From: Takakia lepidozioides
Lineage: Eukaryota; Plantae; Bryophyta
Assembly (NCBI GenBank): GCA_030704615.1
Contig: CM060732.1
Location: 80,786,001 to 80,850,000, forward strand
DNA length: 64,000 nt
Direction: 5' to 3'
Shown: positions 36,001-48,684 of the stretch, piece by piece
How the letters are laid out: every line of letters starts with the position of its first letter
How positions within the stretch are numbered: the stretch's first letter is position 1
Translations under genes and position numbers: made by a program
Notes under the pieces: generated by a model
The model's database searches: none
Told to the model about the DNA's origin: nothing
What the model saw: only the letters and a program-made list of their open reading frames with translations

Positions 36001-39000
36001 TCTTGGTGATGCCTTTTGGGCTCACCAATGCACCAGCGACATTTAGCACGCTGATGAACAATCTTTTCCAGGAGTGGTTGGATGACTTTGTGATCGTGTA
36101 CATCGACGACATCTTGATGTATTCGAAAACAAAGGAGGAGCACCTGGAGCACCTCAAAAGGGTGTTCCAGAAATTGCGGGAAGGGAAGCTGTATGCCAAA
36201 GCTTCAAAGTGCGAATTCGGGGTCACAAAAGTGGAGTTCCTGGGGCATGTGATTACACAGGATGGGATCAGAATGGATGACAGGAAGGTGAGGGCAATTT
36301 TGGACTGGGAGCCTCCGACTTCGGTCCCGGGAGTGCGATCCTTCCTAGGACTCGCCTCCTATTACCGGAAGTATGTGAGAAATTTCGCCAAAATCGCGGG
36401 GCCGCTGTCAGACCTTCTGTGTAAATCTAAAGTCTGGGCATGGAACACCTTTTGTGGCCAAGCTTTTGCTGAATTGAAGCAGCGGATGGCGGAAGCTCCA
36501 GTCTTGAAAATCCCGGAGTTCGATCGTCCGTTCGAGATACATACAGATGCGTCGGACTTCGCGATTGGGGGTGTACTGATGCAAGATGGACGTCCAGTGA
36601 CTTACAAAAGTAAGAAACTGAATGAAGTGGAGCGACGGTGGCCGACGCACGAGAAAGAGATGAAGGCGGTGGTGCACTGTCTTGAGCTTTGGCGCCATTA
36701 TGTTGGTTCCAACCCAGTGAAGGTGTTCATGGACAATGTCACAGTGAAGTATTTTGCCACGCAGCCCAAGTTGTCCCCAAAACAACTTAGGTGGCAAGAT
36801 ACTTTGGCGGTGTTCGAGGTGGATATCCAGTACAAACTGGGACGAGACAACGTGGTGGCCGATGCTTTAAGTAGAAAGCAGCAGCTCTTGTTGGTGTACA
36901 AGGGCGAGACGACGCTCCAAAGGAAGATCCAGAAGGCTTGCCGGAAGGATGAGCTGGCGAAGTCCGTGATGCAGGACTTGAGGATGGGGGTTAAATCGCA
37001 GTTCCACTTGCAAAATGGACTGCTCCGGTATAAGCAAAAACGTCTCTACGTGCCGAAGGGAGGGATCAAAGATAGCCTCTTGAGAGAATGCCATGATAGC
37101 CCGCTTGCGGGCCACGGCGGAGCCAAGCGCACTACGGCACTCTTGAAGAAAGAGTATTTCTGGCCCAAACTGAGGGAGGAGGCAGAGGAGTATGTCAAGA
37201 CATGCACCACATGCCAACAAAACCGGAGCGAGTACAAAAAGCAAGCGGGGCTGTTACACCCTTGCCGATTCCAGAGGGGACTTGGAAAAGCGTCTCGATG
37301 GATTTCATGACTGCTATGCCGCTGTCAAAAGGATTCGATGCAATCATGGTGGTGGTGGATAGGTTCAGTAAAATGGGCCATTTCATCCCCACCAAGGAGA
37401 CGGCAACGGCGCAGGAGACAAGACGACTTTACTTCGCCCACGTCTTAAAGCATCATGGAGTCCCGAAGGATATTGTCTCGGACCGCGATCCAAAGTTTAC
37501 GAGTAAATTTTGGAGGGCACTTTGGAAGAAGATGGGGACGAGGCTGAAGATGAGCACCGCCTTCCGACCTACGACCGACGGCCAAACAGAAAGAGTGAAT
37601 TCCGTAGTGAAGCAGATCTTGCGGAATTACGTGTCGGCAGACCAAACAGACTGGGTGGAACACTTAGACGCGGCAGAGTTCTGTTATAATAACTCAGAAC
37701 ACTCCGCAACGGGAGTTTCCCCTTTCGTATTGGTCTATGGAAAAGCACCTCTGGTGCCGACAAGTTGGGCCGCCCAGGACGTTGAGGAACCGGCAGTAGC
37801 GGCGGTACTGGAAGAACGCGAGCGTTTGTTGAAGCTCGCAAAGTACAACATTGCCAAAGCTAGGAAACGGTATGAAAGGCAGGCGAATCGGAAGCGGAGG
37901 GAAGTGAAGTTTGAGGCAGGCACTGAGGTCTGGTTGAACATCAAGAATTTCCGACTACCTCCGGAAGTGAGTCTGAAGTTCGTACCTTCGTATGCGGGAC
38001 CCTTTTGCATTCGGAAGGTTATGAATGAGGATGTGTATGAATTGGAGCTGCCGGCAAACAGCAAGGTGCACCCAGTATTCCATGTCTCCTTTTTGAAGCC
38101 TTACTTCAAAGATGAAGCGCGTCCGAATCGGCATCAAGTGTTGCGTCCGCTACCTATGCTGTTGGTTCATGAAAATGAACCTGAGTACGAGGTGGAGGCA
38201 ATACTTAAGTCGAGGAGGTTCAAGAACCGAAAAACGGAGTATCTCGTCAAATGGAAGGGCTATCATCATGTGGAGGCATCTTGGGTGCGTGCCTCAGAAA
38301 TGGGAAACGCATCCGAGGCGGTTGCAGCTTTCGAAGGGCGACCTCAAAAGCGGAAGAAGCGTTGATGGGGACATCAACCTTGGAGCGTGGGGGAGGAAAT
38401 GCATGCTCAGCCCGGCTTAGCTAGCTTAGGAATCCGATTGCAAAAACTTGTATTGTACAAAACGTGCTATAAATGAAATGGCTTCCAAATGTTGTGCGTC
38501 CTATTTTGTTTGGAATGGTGATGCATGGTATGGTTGGCTAGTGTGTAGAATGCATGCTAGCTTATAAAAGTGGGAGAGGTAAATTGGGTTAATCGTGTGT
38601 TTGCGTAGTGCCGAAATCGGGTGACCCCCATCCAAGGGGCAAGGAAACTTGCGCCTTCTTTGGGAGTTCACGTGCTAGTGCGCACCTGGCGCGTGCGTGT
38701 ACTATAACTACGCTACCGTGGGGGTTGCCTTGTAGTGCGGGCTAACGCGGAAGCTACGTGCTTCCGTTCACGTACTATAATCGTGTAGCCTCGGGACGAA
38801 GTCGTAGTGCGGCTTCAGCGTGTTCCCGTACCTCAGGCCAGCATTCCAAGGCGGACCCAATTGTAGTGATTGGGGCGCACGGTTGGTTCAAGGTTATCTT
38901 CCTAGTCAAAGAGGGTCCCAGGGAACCCTTGCTCAAGGTGATGCCAAAAGCGGCATCATGAGCGGTCGCAAACAATGTTGTTGCAGTAAGGCGATTTGAT

Positions 39001-39952
39001 CCTCGGGGAGGATCGTTCCTTGGCCTTGAAGTAGGCCAAGAAGAGTGCACTGGGAGGAGCTGGAGAGGCTCCACCCTTGGCCGGAACTTGGAGGAAGTCG
39101 GCCGAACTAGCTAGTGGAGAGTAGAGTCAAGTGTGGGGTTTGGTTCTTTGCTATGGGACGCCACAACTTGGATGTTCGTTTCTACAAAGTGGACAAGTCG
39201 ATGAGGACATCGACTCCCTGTTGGTAGGGGTGTGTGTCGCGGCCCTTTGCCTTGAGGGCAAGGGGTCGGGACACATGAGGGGCTGCCCCTGTGGTGGGGG
39301 CAGCGGCAGCGATAGGTATGGGGGGCTGAAGCACCCTTGAGTGCCCAAGGCACTCAAGGAGGCGGAGGCGCTCACTAGGTGGAGCCCCGCACACCGGGTT
39401 GCGATGGGGGTGGCTCCACAAGGGGTGGTGGTAGCTTAGCGAGACTTAGTGGGGGTGGCATAGGACTCACCATGGGGGCGGAGACCTCGTGGTGGGAGTC
39501 GTGGGGAGTCTTGGGACTCATCACGGTCCATAGGGGCCATGGTGAATGGGCCAAGACTCACCGCGACTCATCACCGGGAGTCGAGGGTTTTCGTGGTGGT
39601 TCGCCATAAAATGGCATGGTTGGTTGTGAAACCCCCGCGGACAGCTACAGAAGTATATATAAGGGGAGTAGTGACCCCGAGAACGGTGCAAGCCCGTTGG
39701 TGACCAAAAACTAGTGAGTAAGCGAGCGAGCCGGAAAGCGACCAAAGAGTGGGGAGCTGTTCCGGACTGCCATCTACCAAAGGGAATTCCACTAGGCCCA
39801 AATAGGTGGAGGGTTTAGTGGGAGAGCGAAGGGGGACCATTATGTCCCGGTGAGCAGCCGAAGGCCCGGCGGCCAGGTTGGGAGTCAGGCGCGCGCATCA
39901 AAGCGAGTAACTATGACTTGAAGGGGAGCTTACCGAAGTGAGGTGCGCGACA
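33021..39952 (+). mobile_element. Young full-length chromovirus Ty3/gypsy LTR retrotransposon nested in the outer pol
   Basis: LTRs 33021-33748 and 39235-39952 (TGTCGCG...CGCGACA); TSD TGAAC at 33016-33020 and 39953-39957; tRNA-iMet PBS TGGTATCAGAGC at 33751-33762; purine tract before the 3' LTR. Confidence 0.97.
33804..38365 (+). pseudogene. Gag-Pol polyprotein of the nested element (gag CCHC, PR, RT, RH, INT, chromodomain)
   Basis: [42 protein letters not shown], chromodomain EYEVEAIL...YLVKWKGY...SW. In-frame stops at 34026 and 34191; -1 frameshift in a C run near 37259. Confidence 0.95.
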
Positions 39953-41443
39953 TGAACTATCACTTACCCACCCACCGGGAAAGTGAAGGGAGGTTGTTCA
40001 GAGTGAATGCATTGGAATGTGATCTTACTGTGGAAGTCCATCTTAGGTCCGCTGTCCCTGCCTAGCTAGAATTATACCATGCTTCTACTTATGCTGGTCA
40101 CTTAGGGGGTTACCAAAACTGTGAAAAGGCTCTAAGAGCAGTATCACTGGAAAGGCCTAGTTAAGGACGTTTCAGCTTTCATTGCAAGGTGTGTACCCTG
40201 TCATGCCAAGACCATCTTGCCTAGGACCAAAGCACCGCTCCCTTTGCATCCTATCCCGGTTACTAAACCCTTTGCCCAAGTGGGCTTAGATCTTGTTGGA
40301 CCCCTCAAACCTACGTCTAAGGGCCATGCATACCTTGCTGTTGCTACAGATTACATGACTAAATGGGTTGAGCTCCGACCCCTGGTCACTAATGACAGTG
40401 ATGAGGTGGTACAATTCTTCTTTGATAAGGTGATTCTCCGCCATGGTTGCCCTCTTGAGATCCTCACGGATCAAGGTACAAAATTCTGCAACTAGCTTAT
40501 GAAGATTGTATTGTTCAATCTAAACACTAAACATGTCGTGTTTGCCCCTTATAACCCCCAGTGCAATGGCCTGACTGAGCGTTTTAACAAGACAATGTGC
40601 CAGATGCTAGAGAAAAATGGGTCACTCATAGATGAATGGGACATTGCTGTGCCTATCCTGCTGTTTGCCTATCGAACCTCTATTCATGCCAATACCAAAA
40701 TTTCTCCTTTTGAACTTTTGTATGGTAGGAAGTGTAGAACTCCTTTGCATATCTCCTGGCTGCAGGTATCCGCGATTGAGCCGGAAAATTGGGAAGTCTT
40801 TTTGATTTCCATGGATGCTAGACGACGTAGTTTGCGTGAAACAACTAAATCTAACATTGTGTTTGCCCAAGCTGCTTAGACCAAGAATTACAATAGACGT
40901 GTTGTGTATTCTGAGTCATTCAGGGTAGGCCAGTATGTTTATGTCAGGCTCCAGCCTGGTAAGCAGGTATCTAAGGCCAAACGTCGGATTGATGGCCCTT
41001 ACCTTATCTCTGATATTCTTCCTGACAGGCAGTATGTCTTGCTTCCCCAACATGCTTCTACTCCTCACTTAGCTAGCTCCATTCATGTTTCATTACTTGT
41101 TTCATGCACTCTTACTTTTGATCTAACCTGTTTGAATGTTGAGAACCGCAAGGTGATTTTCACCCCTACAGCTCGGACAGTTCGTGATCCGGCCCTGTCA
41201 TCTTCTTCTTTAGCGTAGTTTTACATTTCGTGCTAGTTTTCTACACCAATTGTAGCACTTGGGGTTTTTCCTATGGGATGTTTTGTCCTCCACCCAACTT
41301 GCAGGGTGAGGTTTTCTTCCCTAAGTTCATCTCTTGTGTGCCGGGTGTGCAATTTGTTTTGGCTAGGCTTCGTTTTTTGTTCTTCCTGAGCTCATCGCTC
41401 GCAGGAGCTCGCAGTTTCTAGTGGCCCCCGTAGGCTTCACATA

Positions 41444-41986
41444 TGTGGAGCTGGGATTCCTTCTCACCTTCTTTTTCGACTTGGATGAACGGAGGGGGAT
41501 GTACCCCAGATGATTTAGGGATGGACGGAACCAGGATGAAGTCTGGATGAACTTACACCTTGCGCATGAGGATGAGTTGGCAACAATTTATGACTTTATT
41601 AGGTGCTGTCTTATTCTAACAACTAGTTTAGGATTAGATTATGATGGATCTGGGTGATCTGGTTTCTTTCTATGGCTATGCCGGAAGGGCATCTGGCTGG
41701 CCTATATGTAAGTGCCACACGGCACTAGGATTAAATTACGACCTAATACTATTTAAGCTCCACTGCCGTGGCAGTGAGGGTGGTGGCTTTTGGGTCTTAC
41801 GCGGGTGTACACTTGGTGTAACGGTGTACTTGAGTGTGTTGATGAATGCGTTTTGGATGTTCGACACTGTTGCGTCCTCTTCGTGAGATTCCATCTTCTC
41901 TGCCAAGCCCATCTATCGACTACATCCCCCCTTGATAGAATTAAGTCCGGTAGAGGAAGGGGAACAAACCCATAGCGCCGGAATCA
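41444..41986 (+). repeat. 3' LTR of the outer Ty3 element
   Basis: Direct repeat of 21580-22123 with TG...CA ends. Confidence 0.9.
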
Positions 41987-42155
41987 GGCTTCACACCCCT
42001 TAAGCCAAGAAAAGTCCCCTTTCCTTAAAACAAAAACAAAAACAAGGAAAATAGTCCCATGTTTAGAAAAAAATAAAGAAAGAAAAAAGCTTGTGGATTT
42101 TTTGGGTATCTCTAAAAATAGCTCCATATTGAAAAAAATAGCTCCTTAACTAAAT

Positions 42156-42159
<4 letters not shown>

Positions 42160-42195
<36 letters not shown>

Positions 42196-42930
42196 GGAGG
42201 TAAGAGGGGGATTGTAGCCCTGCCAAATTTATTGAAGAAGAGGTAAGGAAAAAATAACCTTACAGAGAGCCATAAGGCAGATTACAGAGGTACCACTCAG
42301 AACCAACATTATAGAAATCAAGGAGGATGAATTTAGACTAAGTAGGAATTAATTCCTTACATAAAACAGGGAGAAGTGAGGAGAAAGGATAGATCTGAAG
42401 TGTCCACCTTGCAGAGATGAACCTGTCCAGCAAGAAGAAGGAGAGCAGGACCTAGTCTGCCAGAAAACATCCTACATACTGCCTCCTTTCCTCTTAGGAC
42501 CCTCATAAGTAAGCTGTGTCTTTGCCTTTGCTTTCCTAGAGCCACTACGTTTGTGTCTCCAATTTATTTCCGTGTCTTCATTCTCCAGCGGAATCTGTTT
42601 CTTACTAGTTGAGCTTCCAACAGGTAGGGGGGGAATCTTCCCACACAATTCTTGTGTCTTCAATTCTCCTGTAGAAAACAAAGTCCTTCCCCCAAGATTC
42701 GTCAAACTTGGCGAGTTGGGGTCTTCGATTGCTGTGACATTTGGAAAGAGCTGCAAGCAAAACAGACCAAGCTTTGCGAGTCTCAAACCTAAGGTCTGAG
42801 TGAGCCAGATAAAGAACTTTCTGCACACACGGCCTCTCTTTCTGATACACCACACAACACCTCATTTTCCACAACTGCCAACGGATTATCCCCCTGAGAT
42901 TCCCACACTCGACAAGAAGAGCTTTTGAAC
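42160..42930 (-). mobile_element. 3' remnant of an L1-type LINE with poly(A) tail
   Basis: 35-nt T run on +, AATAAA about 35 nt upstream on -, and an L1-like IRWQLWKMRC motif near 42860-42890. Confidence 0.5.
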
Positions 42931-43311
42931 AAAAGCAACAACATAAAGTCTAGAAAAAGAAGAAAAGAATCTAGATTATTTATATAAGCATTTTAAAGTA
43001 AGTAATCCCTTTTACCCAAAAAGAAAAGAAAAAGTTCAAGAAACCTAAAAGAAAATATTTTTTGAACTTACAAATTGCTTTATGAACATATAAAAGGCTC
43101 AACGGTGAACGATTGTAGCTCATTTGCAGTCGTTCTAAAGTTCAGTTTGGTGTAGAGTCTGTACAAGCTGTGGGTTTGTTGTGTGTATCGTTTCGAAGTT
43201 CAGTGTTCGCTGAGATTCTTGACAAGACCAACGTTGTTGTCTGGTTTAAAGTTTCTGCCACTCAATTGAAACCATTCCTCAGTGTTCAACTGCTGTAGTT
43301 GCATACAAGCC

Positions 43312-43947
43312 ATGGTGTCAATCACTAGCAACGGTAGAATGACAGCCAGTATCATAAATCAACGAGTAGTGTTGATGGTTGTTGCCATGTGGGCAATTTT
43401 GAATACAAGTACGAGCATGGCATTTGCAGGCACAAAGTTTGGGGATCAGGCACCACCCAGCCTCTTTCCTGCAAGACAAAGCAAAATGCTCAATTTCTTT
43501 TTGCACGATGACTTGATGATTGGGCAGAATTCCAGTGCCATAACTGTGCTGTTGCCAGTGGCAGGATTTAATTCGACGTCGCTACAAAATCAGAGCTTCT
43601 TCGGATCTACTGTTGTGTTGGATGATGCTATCACGCTAGGCGCTGATCCTAACTCTTTGGAATTGGGGCGAGGTCGTGGCTTCTACGTTTGGGATGCAAT
43701 GAACATCACTGGTCCGGGCATTGAGTTTATTTTCACAGCTGTTTTCAACGAGGCGAGTGGCTATGGCGGCAGCACACTGAGCTTCCAGGGTCACGATGTT
43801 GTGGTTGATCCGGTGAGGGAGCTGTCTATCAGTGGCGGTACTGGTGAGTTCCGTTTGGCTCGAGGGTGGGCTGTGATCACCACCTACACATTGATTGGTG
43901 GAGCTGCAAACCTCAACATCACGGTCTATGTATTTACTGGGTGTTGA
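43312..43947 (+). CDS. Dirigent (DIR) family protein, secreted, single exon
   Basis: Hydrophobic signal region; NFFLHD, FGSTVVLDDAIT, LGRGRGFY, GSTLSFQG, RELSISGGTGEFRLARG. The start codon could be one of several Met. Confidence 0.93.
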   Translation: MVSITSNGRMTASIINQRVVLMVVAMWAILNTSTSMAFAGTKFGDQAPPSLFPARQSKMLNFFLHDDLMIGQNSSAITVLLPVAGFNSTSLQNQSFFGSTVVLDDAITLGADPNSLELGRGRGFYVWDAMNITGPGIEFIFTAVFNEASGYGGSTLSFQGHDVVVDPVRELSISGGTGEFRLARGWAVITTYTLIGGAANLNITVYVFTGC

Positions 43948-45638
43948 TTTTTTTCTGCCTTCAGAGTTGGGTTTACCATCAAGAGATGGATTTTATTTAC
44001 ATTCAGTTGCAAAGATTTAGTATGCAACTAAGTTGTCCCAAAAGTCTTTAGATGATATGCAGGTTGGCGGACAACCAGCATGTAGCCCAGTGGTAATGGG
44101 CACATGCCACGCTGGATGTGGTTGTGGGTTCAAACCACCGGCTGGTGTGTCATGAAGGTGTCCACCTTTTAGCTGGAAGGAGTAGCCCTTCTGGTGAAGT
44201 GACACCATACTTTACGCTCCCTTCCCTTCGGGAGACGTATATATATATATGCAAGTTGGCTGTGTTACTTGGTAACAAAGTTGTGTGGGTAGGCCACATG
44301 TATGACAAATTTGAAAGTTTGGGCCAGGGACCTGTCCCATGTTTAAAAAGGAAAGAGGAAAAAAAGAAAAAATATTGAAGTTTGAGATTTAATCTTGAAA
44401 TGACGCATATATTCTTGGTTTGAATGAGATATTTTTGAAAATATGTAGCCCATGATTGAATCAAATCACTTAAAAAACAAAACAAGACAAAAATGATGTA
44501 TATATTGATCATGGTGTGTAGATTTGTTGTCCATGTTTTATTCGGAGCTTCTTGCCCCTCACCTTGGTTTTCTAGAATACTTTGATGGTAGTATTAGGTT
44601 GGTTGAGTTAGTTGACCTTCGAATATCTTCTTATTTTTTTTTCTTATTTTATTATTTTATTATTTGCTCAAGCACCACATAGTATTATAAAAAGACCCAA
44701 CTTAGTGGGGTGACTGCCCAAATGAATTACTCTTCCGGGACATGTTCCAGGGATATTGCTTTCCAGGATCAGGCTCGCTGCTTAGCCTTGCTAATCGTAA
44801 CTGTTCACCGGGGTATCCGTCACGGTTCGCCGTGTGTTCTTTTCCCCCATAATAATTCTAATAAAATTTAATCCAGGGCTCTGTCCCTGTTAACCTAAAA
44901 AACAAGAAAAAGGGTAAAAGTCTCCCCAAGAGGAGAAACAAAATCTCATAGAGCTAGATATGTTAACAAAAAGAAATCAAACTAGAACTAGTATCACCTA
45001 CTGCCTGAAGAAGGTCAGACAACAGGAAAGAGGATGGGTCAGAAAGTGAGGGGAGGTCAATCTTTCAGAACTGCTCTAGTGCAGTCATAGAAACACTAAC
45101 TTCAACTTCTTCTACATGTGTTGTTGAAGCTGATGAAGTCTTTTGTTTATAAGATATTATCATTGCATGCGTGGATTTGTAAAATTATTTTGGGGTGTGA
45201 TGTCTGACCTTAGTAGATGAAAAATAAACAAAATAAAATCCTAAACTAAAAGATTAACTGTCCTACTTGGATATAATGTTAATTTGCTTATAAACCTCTG
45301 TACAGTTTCAACACATTACTATGTGTGTTGGAGGATAGGTAAGAGAGATTGTACTTACATCCATAAGTCAAACATGAGTTCTCTTATGGTTGCTGGGCAC
45401 TTTATACACAAACACTTTTGGGCTTCCCTTGATTTTGGATTGTAGTGCAAGGCAAGTTTCGGCAACCCAAAATTGGAAGACCAAGTGTTGAAGTGGTTTG
45501 TCAACCGATTCCACCGCCCTTATGCACTTTACCAAAACCACACCCCTCCAAACAGACTGGCTAAGCAGCCCATGCCAGCAGAAAACTTGGCGACAATCTG
45601 GGACAAAAAGAAATCAGCTCTAGAAGATCAGTGCATTC

Positions 45639-46466
45639 CAGTGTTGGGCGGTTACCCGCCGGGACCCAGGTTAACCGCCGGTTCAGGTTCAGGTTAACTG
45701 GAACCGGACCGGAACCGGGCCCATTCCTACAGAACCTGACCCGGAACCGGAACCTGCCAATGGGGTTCGGCGCAGAACCCAACCGGCGGTTCCTGCTGGG
45801 TGTGTGAACCGGAGAACCGCGCAGGGGGATAAAAACAGGTTCCTGTTTTTGACCCCTTGGTGGGGCTGGTGGCGCAGGGCAAAACTTATTTAATGCTCTC
45901 AAGCTCCTGAGATCCTGGGTTCAATGCTTGAAGGCCATGAGATTCTATGTTCAATGCTTCAGCGCCATGAGATCTTGGGTTCAATCTCCAGCTCCATGAT
46001 ATCCTAGCTAAGTTCATTAATAAAATGTTTGAAGATGCCAATACTTGCCAGGTAGCTGAATAGTACTTTCAACCCATAAAATTTTACCCATTTTCTTCTA
46101 CCAGTTTATTTAGAGTATTTTTGTTTGTTTTTTTGTGTTAGTGAAAACTAACAAAATCGTTGGATTTTAGTTCAAATATGTGAATACATTGCTATTTAAT
46201 CTACCGGACTGATAAAATATTTTAAATCTAATTAAATTAAACAAATATATTTTTAAAATAGAACCGGAACCTAACCGGAACCGAAGGTTTTTATCAGCAA
46301 CTAACCGGTAACCGGAACCGCCCCCATGTTTAAAAGTTGGATCCGGAACCGGACCGGAACCGGCTCAATAAAAAAAACCCGGAACCGGATCCGGAACCGT
46401 CTCTTGAAATAATTGTGGAACCGGAACCCACGGTTCCTTCACAAATGCGAGAACCGCCCAACACTG
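45639..46466. mobile_element. Non-autonomous hAT element (MITE-like), 828 bp
   Basis: Perfect 15-bp TIR CAGTGTTGGGCGGTT / AACCGCCCAACACTG; 8-bp TSD GTGCATTC at 45631-45638 and 46467-46474; many subterminal AACCGG units. Confidence 0.95.
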
Positions 46467-48684
46467 GTGCATTCCTTTTCGCAAATCGCTAGCAGAGTTC
46501 TCATTAAAGGTAGGCCATCGGTTGGGAACCTTTGCTGAAGCTAGCTCTCATTTGCAAATGCTGCATTGTCGGTTTTATCTGAGTGCTTGGAGCACTGTTA
46601 CTATAACACTGCTCAATCCCTGCCACTATCTTGCCCCTGGTCAAGGGGTTCTACAGACCATAGCGCAACACCCACATCTCACATCATCACAACTACAACT
46701 TATCACCAATCACGAGACCGTGGCTTGCCCGGTCTTTGAGGCACTGCGCAACTAAACGCTTTGGTACATCTATACAGTGAGAATCAGTGAGCCGGTTCTT
46801 GGTCATGGGATTATTCAATTCCACCAACTGTCATGAATGAATAGCATGGTAATCACTCATCCCTAGGCCTGCTCCAGAAAGTAATGAATCCATTTCTATA
46901 TTCTTTTCTGAATGGATTCATGACACTGGACAAATTTTTAGCTATCCACAAAATTAGGTAGTTTACACATTCGTATCAAAGAGAGCCTAAGGCGCACGAA
47001 GATGTAAATGATATTACCTTTTCTTACTCTATCTTTTACTATGTTTTTTTAGAGAAGCGTTTCCTTCAAAAAGACTCAAAAGGGGAGACATATGTATTCA
47101 TTACAATTTGTGTGTGTTCAACAGAGACATGATGGTTGCATCAACGTGCTTGAAGGCAAGTCAGGGGGGGGTAAGAGACAAAGGCATCGAGGTGAAAGCT
47201 AAGAAGCATCGGATTGCAACTTTTAATGATGTTTTACAATACTCGCCAAAGACCAGAGTTGAGGTGAAATCCGACATATCCAGATTTGAACGCATATCCG
47301 ACATCATGCCTCTACCACCTCTCCCAGGTGAACTGGTGCAAGGATGATGACCATGGAAAAGTCTTTACACTCGATGGGTGGTGGATAGGCCGGTTGGTCC
47401 GAAAATTGAAAGGAAGCAACTATGCCATTTCCATAATTTACAAGGGAACTTCTGAAGGTGCTTAGATGTTACGCATGCGTCAAGACTGGTCACACCAGAA
47501 AAGCACCTAGAAATTGGAGTCTCACTCCAGCACATAACTCCATACGAGGCTATACCTTTTCACAGTCTCGAGCTCTTTGTTCAATGATGGATAATTTATA
47601 TCATGTAAGAACTTTATGATCAGGTGCCGCTACTGACAAACAGCCCTCGAAACAGCCCTGTTGATGCACTAGGGATGCACTTAAATAATGTTTGTTCAGT
47701 TCTCAAGTATCAGTAAGGATTGTGGCAAGACCAGGAGTTTGATTCCAGAAGTAAAACCAACGCAAAATTATAATTCAGCAACCCAAATTGGCACAAAGAT
47801 GCCACTTTTGATTGAGCTCCTGTTCTGCTTAAGCCCTGCACAGTCCGGGGTAGTACATTTACAAATTTGGCTTCAGCCTGAGTCTTCACTCTACATGAAT
47901 TGTATGAGGCATAAAGATGGACCAAGAAGATGGGAGATTTTCACAACGCCCCATCATGTAAAAGGCTCTCCACAAAGCGTTGTAAGGCAACAAAATGGAC
48001 TCTATGATATTGATACTGAGGTTATCTTGCACATATCCTAGAGGCTCAATTTTCGCTTGATGTGGGCATGGGGTTCACGAAGTGAGCTACCCGGATCTAC
48101 ACATGCAATCATCCCCTTATGCGTTTTTCCTTTTCTGTTTCCTGGGATCCAACCTCAACTTTACTAATGAGCTGACTACTCATCTGTCTGCTGTCTCTCT
48201 ATTTTTCTACAGTGCATCATTGCAGCTGATTACATAACTGAGGTTTCTCCCTATGCCCAGCCGATCGACCCCGGAACATTAATATGTGGCCTGCCTGCTT
48301 GCTTGTTAGAGGCTCATTCATATACATATGTTCTGTTAGAAGCAGGGCACTCACTGGGAATCTGATATTCGAATAAGAGCTCAATGTTAGAGACGCCACT
48401 GAATGTCTCCATTAAGCCCGCTCTTGTAGTGTCATTACAAGACTGCTACGGAGAGAGAACAAAGGAAACACTTAACTACAACGAGGCAGAGATGCCACAG
48501 CCTCGGAATCGTGAGCGTGTGATCCGAGTTGACTCCCCCTCGGCGGATCACTGCGTTTATCATCATGTTGGAACTGCAGCCAGTGGTCTCCTTTTACAGA
48601 ATCAGAGGCATGCATCGTCTCCATTTGTTCTCATCACCATGAGACAACGACGGATCAGACAATAGGGACCTACGGTCGGTACCA

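Larger units (their letters stand above)
21580..41986 (+). mobile_element. Old non-chromovirus Ty3/gypsy LTR element: extra ORF, gag, RT-RH (31545-33015), INT (39958-41200); interrupted by a CACTA-bounded block and a nested chromovirus
   Basis: LTR pair, PBS, gag-like 23393-23990, RT (RFCVDFRRLN, YIDD), RH (LQTDANDLA), INT (GHLG, VGLDLVGPL, TDQG, NGLTER). Protease missing; no matching TSD. Confidence 0.75.

Noticed and set aside
47040-47680. Possible second L1 3' remnant
   Set aside because: Too degenerate to call.
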